Positions 48,813-59,495 of a stretch of 64,000 bases of DNA are shown here, piece after piece (positions within the stretch are counted from its first letter, which is position 1; each line of letters starts with the position of its first letter). Both the position numbers and the translations under genes were made by a program. The DNA is from Thermodesulfobacteriota bacterium (GTDB taxonomy: Bacteria > Desulfobacterota_D > UBA1144 > Nemesobacterales > N074bin48), in NCBI GenBank assembly GCA_041572575.1, contig JBFFSH010000001.1:11341-75340 (forward strand), in the 5' to 3' direction. Below the pieces are notes generated by a model. It saw only the letters and a list, made by a program, of their open reading frames with translations. It did no database searches and had not been told where the DNA came from.

Positions 48813-49115
48813 TCAGATTTCATAATCTACTACTACTCTTTCATCCCTTATCTCATTTACAAAATCAACCACTTTTACATGCTCCGGGTGCTTTTGATAG
48901 GTCTGCAGATCCTCTCTTGAGTCAAATACCGAATACAATGCAACATCATATGCCGCAGCCGATCCGTTAAAATCCATACCTACTTCAATTTCTTTTATAA
49001 CATCTATTTTATCTTTCAGGTCTTCCAATACAGATTTAAGCTCCTTAGCATTTTCTTCTTTACTAACTCCACGAGCACTATCTTTAAGTTTCCACATTAC
49101 TATATGTTTAATCAT
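48813..49115 (-). CDS. Dabb-family stress-responsive alpha/beta-barrel protein.
   Basis: 100 aa with a ferredoxin-like Dabb pattern. Confidence 0.6.
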   Translation of the reverse strand: MIKHIVMWKLKDSARGVSKEENAKELKSVLEDLKDKIDVIKEIEVGMDFNGSAAAYDVALYSVFDSREDLQTYQKHPEHVKVVDFVNEIRDERVVVDYEI

Positions 49116-49209
49116 TTAAGCCTCCATCGGTTTTTAAGTATTCAAAAGTTAACTGAATATTAATAATTATCTAATTCCTTACTGATTTTGAAACACCACA
49201 TATTTAAAT

Positions 49210-50196
49210 TCATATATTTACCAGGTGGGAAACAAACTGATCTGAAATAGATTTCCAGCTCTTTGATTTTGCAAACTTCTGTGCATTGTTCGAAAGGTTA
49301 GTATAATCAGCAAAAACTTTTTCTATACTCTTGGTCAAATTATCCCCCAAGTATCCTGTTACCCCGTTTTCAACTACATCACAGGGGCTTGGAACATCAT
49401 ATGCCACAACGGGAAGCCCGCAGGCCATAGCTTCGAGCATCACCAGACCATATGTATCAAACTTACTCGGGAACACAAATACACCTGCTTTATTATACCA
49501 ATTTACAAGCTCTTTATGATCTATGAAACTAGTATACTCAACATCAGGATAATGCTTCTTAAGTGTGCTTAAGTATGGCCCATCTCCTACCAATATTTTT
49601 TTATATCCTTCAATCGAACAAAAATCATCCAGGTTTTTATCCTTGCTCACTCTTCCTACAAAAATTAATGTATTTCCTCTTACATTGGCAGATCTGCTGT
49701 AATTATTAAACAGTGAAGCATCAACTCCTCTTGCCCAAACCACCGAATTTTTGAAGTTTAACTGTTTTTCTATACTCTTTGTGGTAACCAAAACCCTGCC
49801 ACTAGCCGAATGAAACCATCTTATAAATAAATTTGTAATAAACCTGGGCACTTTATACAAAAGCCAGCCATAGTCTGCAAGCTGTGTGTGATAAGAAGTA
49901 TTAAACTTTATCCCATACTTCTTACAGTAATACCTTGCTGAAAGACCCAGGCTTCCCTCTGTAGCAATATGAACTCTATCGGGCTTTTGCTCTCCAAAAT
50001 AGTTCCTTACGACCTCAAAAGGGTTTTTTAGTATTGGAATATTATAATAAAGATTAAAAAGTGTCACAGAGCCTTCAACGCTGGGATGAAGTACAAAGAC
50101 TTCATGATCAGTAATATTATTAACCACATTTTTAAGTGTATAGACAACACCATTTACCTGAGGTTCCCAGGCATCGGTTACAAGAATTATTTTCAT
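49210..50196 (-). CDS. Glycosyltransferase family 4 (GT-B fold).
   Basis: MKIILVTDAWEPQVNGVV start and C-terminal E-x7-E-like region. 328 aa. Confidence 0.7.
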   Translation of the reverse strand: MKIILVTDAWEPQVNGVVYTLKNVVNNITDHEVFVLHPSVEGSVTLFNLYYNIPILKNPFEVVRNYFGEQKPDRVHIATEGSLGLSARYYCKKYGIKFNTSYHTQLADYGWLLYKVPRFITNLFIRWFHSASGRVLVTTKSIEKQLNFKNSVVWARGVDASLFNNYSRSANVRGNTLIFVGRVSKDKNLDDFCSIEGYKKILVGDGPYLSTLKKHYPDVEYTSFIDHKELVNWYNKAGVFVFPSKFDTYGLVMLEAMACGLPVVAYDVPSPCDVVENGVTGYLGDNLTKSIEKVFADYTNLSNNAQKFAKSKSWKSISDQFVSHLVNI

Positions 50197-50408
50197 AAAA
50201 GTTTCTTTGAGATTGGATATTATAAATAATTAAGCCCAATGTACATAGTCATTAATTCTCTACTTTAGGAGATAGAAATTTTGCTATGTTTCTGGATTTA
50301 TTTTTAGTTAGTAAATGATCGTTATTCTTTATATGGAATGTGCATCAATTATATAAGTAAAACTAAAAATTAATATACATCAATTTTGTGTACAATAGTT
50401 TTAGCAAA

Positions 50409-50849
50409 TTAATGGATGAAAGGAATGAGTCTTTTGGTTCCCCTTTTGTAAATCTGATAATCTGAGTTTCTATATATTATTAATTTTTCTTCATAAACGA
50501 GTTTTACATATAAATCAGCTAATAAAATCAGCCAAACAGCAAATCTTATAATAGAAAAATCATCAATAACGAGCATTAAAGTTACAAGCAATAGGCATGA
50601 GTACATGGGATGCCTTACTAACTTATATGGTCCTTTGGCAACTATTCTTGCATCTTTTGGAAAATTTGGAGTAAGACGGAAATTTTTAAAATTTATTGTC
50701 CAGAGCGCCCACAAACCTAGTGCAATAGCAAGCACATATACTATTTGAAGTGGTAAGCTGTGAGGTATTAATCTTCCTGTAGCCAAAATAAATACAATAC
50801 ATACAAGCTGTATTGCAACAAGAACTATCGATTTAAAGTCTATATTCAT
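50409..50849 (-). CDS. Isoprenylcysteine carboxyl methyltransferase (ICMT) or phospholipid methyltransferase-family membrane protein.
   Basis: GPYKLVRHPMY motif and 4 TM helices. Confidence 0.7.
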   Translation of the reverse strand: MNIDFKSIVLVAIQLVCIVFILATGRLIPHSLPLQIVYVLAIALGLWALWTINFKNFRLTPNFPKDARIVAKGPYKLVRHPMYSCLLLVTLMLVIDDFSIIRFAVWLILLADLYVKLVYEEKLIIYRNSDYQIYKRGTKRLIPFIH

Positions 50850-50886
50850 AAATAAATTAGATAGGAATATGATTGTACAGGTATTA

Positions 50887-51279
50887 TCATAGACATAATT
50901 GCTTACCAGTCAAAAAATTATTGTCAGGTTCATTAAGTTTAATAATAAGTGAAATAGGTCTTTGAGTCCACCTGCCCCAGCTTGGTGTAAGCATAATAAA
51001 CTTTTGATTGATATTTTTTCCTTCAAGTTTGAATATGGTTTTAAATCTGGATTTACTAAGTATAACAAATTCACCTGAATCAATCATATTATTTCTATCA
51101 TCATTTTCAGGACGAGAATTGCCTAAGATCTCGGTTTCTATAGCTATTTGCCTGTTAATGTTAGTTAGTAAATCAAGGCCTGGTAAGTACCACTGTTTAT
51201 TTTTATCATTTGATGAATAAAATATCAGAACCGGTCTATTGTTCACCCTAACTATCACAAAATCACCGGTTTCTCTCAT
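50887..51279 (-). CDS. Hypothetical protein, 130 aa. Its 3' end overlaps the coaX start by 17 nt.
   Basis: ORF track only. Confidence 0.4.
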   Translation of the reverse strand: MRETGDFVIVRVNNRPVLIFYSSNDKNKQWYLPGLDLLTNINRQIAIETEILGNSRPENDDRNNMIDSGEFVILSKSRFKTIFKLEGKNINQKFIMLTPSWGRWTQRPISLIIKLNEPDNNFLTGKQLCL

Positions 51280-52027
51280 ATATTATCCAAAGCCCTTTCA
51301 ATGCTAAATGTTCATCTATTTTTTCAATTGTCTCGCTTTCTTTAGCAATAAGCCCGGCAAGACCGCCTGTTCCAATCACAACTGTACCAGCGCCAAGCTC
51401 TTTTTTTATTCTTCCCACTATTCCATCTACAAGCCCGGCATAACCATAGACAAGACCGGATTGAATGCTCTGGATAGTGGTTTTACCAATAACATTTTCA
51501 GGTTTTTTTATTTCTACCTTTGGCAGTTTGGATGCAGATCCAAATAGCGCTTCAGAGGAAATCGTAATCCCGGGAGTTATCACTCCACCCAGATATTCAC
51601 CTTTTTTAGAAACGCAGTCAAAAGTTGTAGCAGTACCAAAATCTACAATCACAAGACTTCTCTTATACTCCTCAAATGCACCGATTGCATTTACAATCCT
51701 ATCAGCACCAACTTCTTGAGGATTTTTATACAATATTTGCATTCCCGTTTTTACTCCCGGGCCTACAACAACCGGTTCTATATCGAAATAATCGTGAATA
51801 CACTCTACTAGGATATCCTGAAGTGCTGGGACAACACATGAGATTACAGAACCGCAAAGTCCTGATATATTAACCTTCTTATATTCAAAAAGATTTCTTA
51901 ACAGAACTCCGTATTCATCCTGCGTCTTAGTCTTATCAGTCCCTATTCTCCAGGAATGATGTATGCCCTTTGAATCGATCAATCCAAAGACTATATTCGT
52001 ATTTCCTATGTCTACTGCTAATAACAT
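51263..52027 (-). CDS. coaX: Type III pantothenate kinase.
   Basis: MLLAVDIGNTNIVFGL start and ASKHG-fold motifs. Confidence 0.9.
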   Translation of the reverse strand: MLLAVDIGNTNIVFGLIDSKGIHHSWRIGTDKTKTQDEYGVLLRNLFEYKKVNISGLCGSVISCVVPALQDILVECIHDYFDIEPVVVGPGVKTGMQILYKNPQEVGADRIVNAIGAFEEYKRSLVIVDFGTATTFDCVSKKGEYLGGVITPGITISSEALFGSASKLPKVEIKKPENVIGKTTIQSIQSGLVYGYAGLVDGIVGRIKKELGAGTVVIGTGGLAGLIAKESETIEKIDEHLALKGLWIIYERNR

Positions 52028-52203
52028 GGCTACCTATCCTAAAATAAAATCATGGCAGAGTTGATATACATATAATGATTTATTAAAACAATCTTAATCA
52101 TAGCAGTAAACTTTGTAAATCAAAAGGTATAGCATAAATAAATTGTGCAATATTTTACTGATCCTTGACTTAAAACCAAGCAATCGTTAAGGTTTAGATT
52201 CAA

Positions 52204-53502
52204 ATGGATGAAAAATACCTATATATAGAAACTTATGGCTGTCAGATGAATGATTACGATTCACAGAGAATCAAAAATGCTATAGGTATTCCTCAAACGG
52301 ACGATCCCGGTAAGGCTGATATTGTTATCATTAATACTTGCGCTATAAGAGAAAAAGCAGACCAAAAGGCGCTCAGCAGTCTTGGAAAATTTAAACATCT
52401 TAAAAGAGCAAACCCAAATTTAGTTGTAGGTATGACAGGGTGTGTAGCACAGCTTTATGGTGAAAAGCTTCTCAGTAAAGCTTCGCACTTAGATTTTGTT
52501 CTCGGTCCGCGCGCAATACCCAAGCTTGCAGAAATAATAAAAGACGTAGAAATTGAAAGAACAAGAATAGTGGAGACTTCCTACGATGTTGAAGAGCCTT
52601 TTGAAATTCTTCCATATCACGAAAATGAAAAGGTCACTTCATTTTTATCCATCCAGCAGGGATGCAATAAAAATTGTACTTACTGCATAGTTCCTACGGT
52701 AAGAGGAAAAGAAATTAACAGACCGGTTGAGGATATAATGTCCGAAGCTAAGTATCTTGTAGGTAAAGGTGTCAAGGAAATCACACTTATAGGACAGACT
52801 GTTAACTCATGGAAAAATGACGGTCTCAAATTTGCAGACCTGCTAAATATCGTTGGCGAGTTGGAATCACTAGAAAGGATAAGATTTACAACATCCTATC
52901 CAAGAGATTTTACAAAAAAACTAATCAATACAATGAAGACCAATCCTAAAGTGTGCAGCCATATTCACCTTCCCGTGCAGTCCGGATCCAACGAAGTATT
53001 GTCCAAGATGAAAAGAACTTATACAGTGGAGTGGTACCTGGATGTAGTAAACAGACTAAAAGAGGAAATTAATGATATGGCAATTTCGTCTGACATAATA
53101 GTAGGTTTTCCAGGAGAAACCGAACACGATTTTAATCAAACGTTGAAACTTGTTGAACAAGTAGGATTTGATACTTGTTTTTCATTTAAATATTCACCCA
53201 GACCAGCAACTCCGGCTGCTGTTATGGAAAATTCCGTAGACAGTGATACTTCTGGCAGAAGACTCACAATTCTTCAGGAATTACAGAGAAAAATCACATG
53301 TAAAAAGAATGAAGATAGAATAGGTAGAGTTGAAAAAGTGCTTGTCGAAGGAAAAAGCAAGAACGATTTAAACCATTTAATGGGAAGAACCTCTCAAAAC
53401 AGAATAGTAAATTTCAGCTCAAACGAAGATCTGTCCGGAAAATTAGTTAATGTAAAAATAAATAGAGGCTTTCAAAATTCCTTATTAGGCTCTATACTAT
53501 AA
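52204..53502 (+). CDS. miaB: tRNA-2-methylthio-N6-dimethylallyladenosine synthase (radical SAM methylthiotransferase).
   Basis: N-terminal MTTase YIETYGCQMNDYDS. Radical-SAM CNKNCTYC. C-terminal TRAM domain. Confidence 0.85.
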   Translation: MDEKYLYIETYGCQMNDYDSQRIKNAIGIPQTDDPGKADIVIINTCAIREKADQKALSSLGKFKHLKRANPNLVVGMTGCVAQLYGEKLLSKASHLDFVLGPRAIPKLAEIIKDVEIERTRIVETSYDVEEPFEILPYHENEKVTSFLSIQQGCNKNCTYCIVPTVRGKEINRPVEDIMSEAKYLVGKGVKEITLIGQTVNSWKNDGLKFADLLNIVGELESLERIRFTTSYPRDFTKKLINTMKTNPKVCSHIHLPVQSGSNEVLSKMKRTYTVEWYLDVVNRLKEEINDMAISSDIIVGFPGETEHDFNQTLKLVEQVGFDTCFSFKYSPRPATPAAVMENSVDSDTSGRRLTILQELQRKITCKKNEDRIGRVEKVLVEGKSKNDLNHLMGRTSQNRIVNFSSNEDLSGKLVNVKINRGFQNSLLGSIL

Positions 53503-53529
53503 TAGGACTAGTGCTGTGGGGAGAACAGT

Positions 53530-54009
53530 ATGTTGTATGAAATGAAAGTTAGTGGAATTGCTATCGATCCGTTTACAAACACTCCAATCATTATACTTAA
53601 AGACTTAACAGGGGATAAGATGCTTCCTATCTGGATAGGGTTTATGGAAGCAAGTTCCATAGCGATGGAGCTTGAAAAAACACCGAGACTAAGACCACTC
53701 ACCCACGATCTTGTTAAAAATATTTTAGACGACCTGCAGTATTCTGTTAGTAAAGTTGAGCTAACTGACTTAAAAGACAATACATATTATGCAACTATTC
53801 ACTTAAAAAAATCAGATGATATTCATATACTGGATTCCAGACCAAGCGACGCAATAGCAATAGCCATTAGAACAAGCTCCCAAATCTTTGTACATGAAAA
53901 CGTTATAGAAAGCTCAAAGCAATTACAGGCAGTTGATGAGGATAAAGAGAAACTTGCAGAGATCCTGGATAAAATACCCCCTGGAGATTTTGGGAAATAC
54001 AAGATGTAA
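53530..54009 (+). CDS. Bifunctional nuclease family protein (BFN/DUF151).
   Basis: 159 aa with the conserved MLPIWIG...HDL pattern. Confidence 0.65.
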   Translation: MLYEMKVSGIAIDPFTNTPIIILKDLTGDKMLPIWIGFMEASSIAMELEKTPRLRPLTHDLVKNILDDLQYSVSKVELTDLKDNTYYATIHLKKSDDIHILDSRPSDAIAIAIRTSSQIFVHENVIESSKQLQAVDEDKEKLAEILDKIPPGDFGKYKM

Positions 54010-54026
54010 CAACAATAAGAATTTAG

Positions 54027-55460
54027 CTACTTAGCTGCCTCAGCCGTAAGACCATCACTATCTCCTTCACCATCAATTCCATGTTTAACAAGTCTGTATC
54101 TTATTGACCGAAGAGTAATACCTAGTTTTTTAGCGGCTTCGGTTTTATTTCCACCTGTAGACTCCAATGCTTTAAGCAGCATCTTCTTTTCTATATTATC
54201 AAGCATTGCGTCCAGGTTAGTATCAGACGACAAGTCATCCCCCCCTATCTCCACATAGTCTTTACCGCTTACAAGAGGCGGTAGGGTTTCGTGTCTTATT
54301 ATATTAGTTGACTCAAGTGCAATAGAGCGTGCAATAATATTTTCTAACTCTCTTACATTTCCCGGATAACTATAATTTTCCAGGATCTCAAGCGCTTTTG
54401 GTGAGATACCTCTTATCTCTTTTCCCATTTCCTCAGAATATTTATTCACAAAACTCATCGCAAGTGGTGAAATATCTTCTCTTCTCTCTCTAAGTGGGGG
54501 AAGATTGATCTTAATGACGTTTAACCTGTAAAACAGATCTTCTCTGAACCTGCCTTCGGCAATTTCATCCTCTAAGCTTTTATTTGTAGCAGCAATCACC
54601 CTAAGATCAATCGGTGTTGCGTCAACAGTTCCAAGGGATCTTATCATTTTCTCTTCTATTGCCCTTAGAATCTTTACCTGTAAATGTATTGGCAGATCGG
54701 CAATTTCGTCTAAAAATATTGTACCTTTATGAGCCTCTTCAAATAATCCTTTTTTATCCCTTACTGCACCTGTAAAAGAGCCTTTCTTGTATCCAAACAA
54801 CTCACTCTCAATCAATGTTTCAGGAATTGCTCCACAGTTAACTGGTACAAACGATCCCTCACTTCTGTTTCCTGCGTAATGTATAGCTCTTGCTACAAGC
54901 TCCTTACCCGAACCGCTTTCTCCTGTAATCAAAACATTTACATTCAGTTCGGCAACCCTCTTAATGAGTTCAAAAACCTGCAGGATTGCAGGGCTTCTTC
55001 CAATTATATTTCCAAATCCAAACTTCGTTTCCAGTTCACGTTTGAGTCTTGTATTTTCACTAACAAGCCTTTTCTTTTCCAGAGCTTTTTTTATTACAAG
55101 CTTTATTTCATCTATTTTAAATGGTTTTGTAATATAATCGTATGCCCCGTGTTTCATGGCCTCTATTGCTGATTCGTGCGATGCAAAAGCTGTAATCATA
55201 ATAACTGTGGTATCAGGGGCTTTTTCATTTAGTTTTTTAAGCAGATCGATGCCGTCCATTGTCGGCATCTGCACATCGATTATAGCAAGATCAAAAATCT
55301 GAGAATTTATTTTATCCTCGGCATGTTTTCCATCGCCGGCTGTTACAACACTATATCCATCTTTTTGCAGCATTATTTCCAGGAACTCCCTCATCCCCGG
55401 TTCATCATCTACTACAATAATTCTTCCGTTGTTAGCTGCCCCCATTGCAAATCTCCTCAA
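54027..55460 (-). CDS. pilR: Sigma-54-dependent response regulator (NtrC family). PilR-like by context.
   Basis: REC domain, AAA+ sigma-54 activator domain (GESGSGKE, GAFTGA-like, ESELFGY), and C-terminal Fis-type HTH. Adjacent to pilS and pilBTC. Confidence 0.8.
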   Translation of the reverse strand: MRRFAMGAANNGRIIVVDDEPGMREFLEIMLQKDGYSVVTAGDGKHAEDKINSQIFDLAIIDVQMPTMDGIDLLKKLNEKAPDTTVIMITAFASHESAIEAMKHGAYDYITKPFKIDEIKLVIKKALEKKRLVSENTRLKRELETKFGFGNIIGRSPAILQVFELIKRVAELNVNVLITGESGSGKELVARAIHYAGNRSEGSFVPVNCGAIPETLIESELFGYKKGSFTGAVRDKKGLFEEAHKGTIFLDEIADLPIHLQVKILRAIEEKMIRSLGTVDATPIDLRVIAATNKSLEDEIAEGRFREDLFYRLNVIKINLPPLRERREDISPLAMSFVNKYSEEMGKEIRGISPKALEILENYSYPGNVRELENIIARSIALESTNIIRHETLPPLVSGKDYVEIGGDDLSSDTNLDAMLDNIEKKMLLKALESTGGNKTEAAKKLGITLRSIRYRLVKHGIDGEGDSDGLTAEAAK

Positions 55461-55468
55461 AATGCTTG

Positions 55469-57097
55469 TTATTCATCATTTAATGTTTCTTTTCCCATTG
55501 TAATTATAAATGTAGATCCCTCATTTACAGCACTTACGACATCAATCTTGCCATTATAACCCTCTATTACCTTTTGCACAATCACAAGGCCCAGTCCTGT
55601 ACCCGAATTTTTGGTGGTAAAAAAAGGATCAAATATACTTGAAATATTTTTCTGACTAATACCGCAACCAGTATCAGAAATTTTTACTATCACATTTTCT
55701 TTTTCCACCAAGGCTTCTATTCTAATTGTCCCCTGACCCGATATAGACTGCATTGAATTTAGAAGCAGGTTCCAGACAGATTGTTTTAGTCTGTAGCTGT
55801 CACCCTTTACAAATATTTCACTTTGTATCTGCCTTTCTAAATTAATATCCGATCTCTTTATAGTTTTAGAGAACGTATCTAACGTTTCATTCAAGATTAC
55901 AGACATATCAACCGGCAGACCTGTTTTTAAAATTGGATTCGTTAATATCGAGAAATCTTCTACGATCAGATTCATTCTCTCGATCTCCTGTGTTGCTACG
56001 TTCACAAGTCTTAGATTATCTGAGCTGCTCTCCACCTCACTGCTAAGAATTTCTATCGCTCCGCTAATAGCAGATAGTGGGTTTCGGATTTCATGAGCCA
56101 GGCCCGAGGCAAGCTGTCCAAGTATTGCCAGTTTTTCTGTGTTTCTTAGTTTATCCTCCAGGATTTTTATTTCTGTAAGGTCCTGAAATATCAGAATATA
56201 CCCCTGTGTTTGATCATCGTCTCCCTGCAGTAAAGATGAAGAAAATCCCAGAGTAATCTTTTCCCCCTCACTTGTGGTATATAATATTTGTTCCCGTTTT
56301 GTCGAAATAAGATTATCTAAATCTAATGCTGGGAAAAATTCATAAATATCCTTGTTTATTATCTGCTCATCAGACTGCAGGTCCAATATGTTTTTGCTCA
56401 TAGGGTTGGCAGATATTATGTTTCCTTTTAGATCGAGTGTTATGACTCCGCTATCGAGGCTTTTAAGAATATTATCGTTAATATTTTGTAATATACTAAG
56501 ACTCTTCTTACTCTGACCAAGTTCTTTTCTTACAATCCTGGTTTTCTCTGATAAATAGCCACTAAGAATTGCAGCAAGTAAAAAACCTGCAAGGTTGAAG
56601 TATGTACTTACCAGACTTTGCTGATCTATTTGCATACTTGCCTGTAATCTCAATTGATATGAATCATCGGAGTGAAATATCCTTGGTTTTGATGCAACTA
56701 TTACAAGTAATATTATTGCAAGAAAAAATGATAAAGCGTAACTTACCAATCTGTTGGAAAAAATAATATTTGTATAAATTATTATAAGAGCAAATAGGAA
56801 TATGAATGGACTACCCAGTCCCCCTGTTACTACTATAATAATGGATGAAAGTAATACATCTAAAAAAATCTGAAAGGAGTCGATAAGAGTTTTGTATCTA
56901 GATATTACATCCTTAAATGACAGATATACAAGGCTGAATATATATATTACAGCTACTACAAACAGCAGATATAGCGCAACTCTAGTTCTACCGTTTAGGA
57001 AATATATAAGGGCAGAAGAACCGAAAAGTAGGGTCGCAACTAATATTCGGATCAGTACTATTCTATTGATAGTCGAATCTAACCAATTAAAAAACAT
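55469..57097 (-). CDS. pilS: Membrane sensor histidine kinase (PAS, HisKA, HATPase). PilS-like by context.
   Basis: Multiple N-terminal TM helices. H-box LASGLAHEIRNPL. G-boxes GTGLGL. Confidence 0.75.
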   Translation of the reverse strand: MFFNWLDSTINRIVLIRILVATLLFGSSALIYFLNGRTRVALYLLFVVAVIYIFSLVYLSFKDVISRYKTLIDSFQIFLDVLLSSIIIVVTGGLGSPFIFLFALIIIYTNIIFSNRLVSYALSFFLAIILLVIVASKPRIFHSDDSYQLRLQASMQIDQQSLVSTYFNLAGFLLAAILSGYLSEKTRIVRKELGQSKKSLSILQNINDNILKSLDSGVITLDLKGNIISANPMSKNILDLQSDEQIINKDIYEFFPALDLDNLISTKREQILYTTSEGEKITLGFSSSLLQGDDDQTQGYILIFQDLTEIKILEDKLRNTEKLAILGQLASGLAHEIRNPLSAISGAIEILSSEVESSSDNLRLVNVATQEIERMNLIVEDFSILTNPILKTGLPVDMSVILNETLDTFSKTIKRSDINLERQIQSEIFVKGDSYRLKQSVWNLLLNSMQSISGQGTIRIEALVEKENVIVKISDTGCGISQKNISSIFDPFFTTKNSGTGLGLVIVQKVIEGYNGKIDVVSAVNEGSTFIITMGKETLNDE

Positions 57098-57144
57098 TCA
57101 TTAAGTTGTTTAGCAAGTAAGGTAATTAGAATAGTATTATATGT

Positions 57145-58359
57145 CTATCCAGCCATAGTTGCAACTAGTTTAAACATTGGCAGATACATTGCTACTACTA
57201 TTATACCCACTGTACAACCTAAAAAGAATATCATTGCCGGTTCGAGAGCGGACATAAGTGCTGCAACAGCAACATCTACCTCATCTTCATAGAAGTCCGC
57301 AATTTTATTAAGCATGTCGTCCAGATTACCAGTTTGCTCACCTACAGAGATCATCTGAACAACCATAGGAGGGAATATCTTAGGTCTTGTAGCAAGGGGT
57401 TCAGCAAGAAGCTGTCCTTCGCTTACACTCTTTCTTGCATCCATTATTGCCTCTTCAACCACTACATTTCCAGATGCTTTTGCGGTAATTTCCAGTCCAT
57501 CAAGAATAGGTAAACCACCGGCGGTTAGTGTAGCCAATGTACGGCAGAACCTTGCTATTACAGTTTTTAATAATAATGTTCCAATAAGCCAGAGTTTTAG
57601 TAAAAATCCATCAAATAACCTCCTGGCTTTTAAGGAGCGTCGATATAGAGCCGAAACACCTATAACCATCAGAACAATTGCAATTAATATATATATTATA
57701 TTACTTTTAAGCCAGTCACTTATGTTTACAATAGTCTGAGTTAGAGACGGAAGCGTTGTGCCCAGATCCTTAAAAAGTTCAGCAAATGTAGGAACCACGA
57801 ATATCATGATTACAGCAAGCACAATAATTGCTACAGAAATAACAACAGCAGGATAAATCATCGCACCCTTCACCCTTCTCTTAATACCTTCTATTTTTTC
57901 CAGGTATGTAGCAAGTCTTTGTAAAACAACGTCTAAAACACCACCTGATTCTCCGGCTCTGGCTAGATTTGAGTATAAGGTATCGAAAGCCTTAGGATGT
58001 TTTTCCAAAGCATCGGCAAAGGTCGCACCTCCTTCAACATCTTCCTTTACTCTTCCAATTATCTCTTTAAATGCAGCATTTGGCTGCTGTTCTCTAATTA
58101 CCTCAAGTGATCTTACAAGAGGAAGACCCGCATCTATCATCGTAGACAACTGCCTTGTAAAAACAACCAAATCTCGGGTTGGAACACCGCCAAAAGCAAT
58201 ATTCATATTTAATATACTGCTTTTCTCTTTTATCTTATCAGGAATAGGCTGAATCTGCATACCCCTTAATCGTGCCAGTACTGCAGATCTGCTTGGGGCT
58301 TCCATTTCACCTTTTTCTATTCTTCCTCTAAGTCTTCCCTGCCAAGTATAAACAGCCAT
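57145..58359 (-). CDS. pilC: Type IV pilus or T2SS inner-membrane platform protein (GspF/PilC family).
   Basis: 404 aa with duplicated GspF domains and 3 TM segments. Confidence 0.85.
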   Translation of the reverse strand: MAVYTWQGRLRGRIEKGEMEAPSRSAVLARLRGMQIQPIPDKIKEKSSILNMNIAFGGVPTRDLVVFTRQLSTMIDAGLPLVRSLEVIREQQPNAAFKEIIGRVKEDVEGGATFADALEKHPKAFDTLYSNLARAGESGGVLDVVLQRLATYLEKIEGIKRRVKGAMIYPAVVISVAIIVLAVIMIFVVPTFAELFKDLGTTLPSLTQTIVNISDWLKSNIIYILIAIVLMVIGVSALYRRSLKARRLFDGFLLKLWLIGTLLLKTVIARFCRTLATLTAGGLPILDGLEITAKASGNVVVEEAIMDARKSVSEGQLLAEPLATRPKIFPPMVVQMISVGEQTGNLDDMLNKIADFYEDEVDVAVAALMSALEPAMIFFLGCTVGIIVVAMYLPMFKLVATMAG

Positions 58360-58378
58360 ATTATTTACTCCTTAATGT

Positions 58379-59479
58379 TTATCTTCTGATTGCTCTCTTG
58401 TTTCCCTGTGCTGAATTTTGCTCATCCAGAATTCTTTTAATCTCATCTGGTTCCTGACTCTTCGTTAACGTATCTTCGTATGTAATTTGTTTTCTCAAAT
58501 ATAAATCAACCAGGGATTGGTTGAGCGTCTGCATATTCCATTTTTCCTGTCCAATCTGCTGCTGTGAATAAATCTGATGCACTTTATCTTCTCTTATTAG
58601 ATTTCTGATTGCCGGGTTCGGAACCAGAATCTCAACCCCTAATACCCTTCCTCCTCCAACACGTGGTATTAATGTTTGGCATAAGATACCCTCTAAGACA
58701 AAAGACAGCTGTGCTCTTACCTGGGGTTGTTCGTGGGGTGGAAATACATCAATTACACGGTTAATTGTTTGAACAGCCGTATTTGTATGGAGCGTGGCAA
58801 ATGTTAAATGTCCGGTTTCAGACAGAGTAAGAGCAATCTTGATAGTCTCAAGGTCTCTCATCTCACCAATCAGGATTACATCAGGGTCTTCTCTAAGTAC
58901 ACTTCTAAGTGCGTTGTGAAAGCTTTTTGTATCACTTCCCACTTCTCTTTGGTTTACCAGACAGTTCTTATGACTAAACATGTATTCTATAGGATCTTCG
59001 ATCGTAACAATATGCTCTCTTCGTTCCTGATTAATCTGGTCTATCATTGCAGCAAGAGTCGTAGTTTTTCCTGACCCCGTAGGTCCGGTCACTAGAATTA
59101 AACCCCTTGGTTTTTTAATAAGATCATGAACAACAGGCGGATGCCCCAGTTCATTTAAATCTCTAATTTTGTACGGAATAAGCCTAAAAGCACCTGCTAC
59201 TACACCCCTTTGCATATAGATATTGCCTCTAAACCTTCCAAGCTGCTGCATACCAAAAGAAAAGTCAAGTTCCCAGTTTTCTTCAAACTTATGCTTTTGC
59301 ATATCTGTTAATACGCTATAGCAAAGGTCTTTAGTTTCTGGTGGAGTAAGGGGGGGATGCTTAATAGGAACAAGCTTACCATCAACTCTTATTACAGGAG
59401 GTGAGTTGGTAGTAATGTGTAAATCTGAAGCTCCGTTATCAACCATTACCTTTAACAGTTGACTAAGTTGAATGCCCAT
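58379..59479 (-). CDS. pilT: Twitching-motility (retraction) ATPase PilT.
   Basis: 366 aa. Walker A GPTGSGKTTT. PilT-type N-terminus. Confidence 0.85.
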   Translation of the reverse strand: MGIQLSQLLKVMVDNGASDLHITTNSPPVIRVDGKLVPIKHPPLTPPETKDLCYSVLTDMQKHKFEENWELDFSFGMQQLGRFRGNIYMQRGVVAGAFRLIPYKIRDLNELGHPPVVHDLIKKPRGLILVTGPTGSGKTTTLAAMIDQINQERREHIVTIEDPIEYMFSHKNCLVNQREVGSDTKSFHNALRSVLREDPDVILIGEMRDLETIKIALTLSETGHLTFATLHTNTAVQTINRVIDVFPPHEQPQVRAQLSFVLEGILCQTLIPRVGGGRVLGVEILVPNPAIRNLIREDKVHQIYSQQQIGQEKWNMQTLNQSLVDLYLRKQITYEDTLTKSQEPDEIKRILDEQNSAQGNKRAIRR

Positions 59480-59495
59480 AAATTATCCTCCCAAA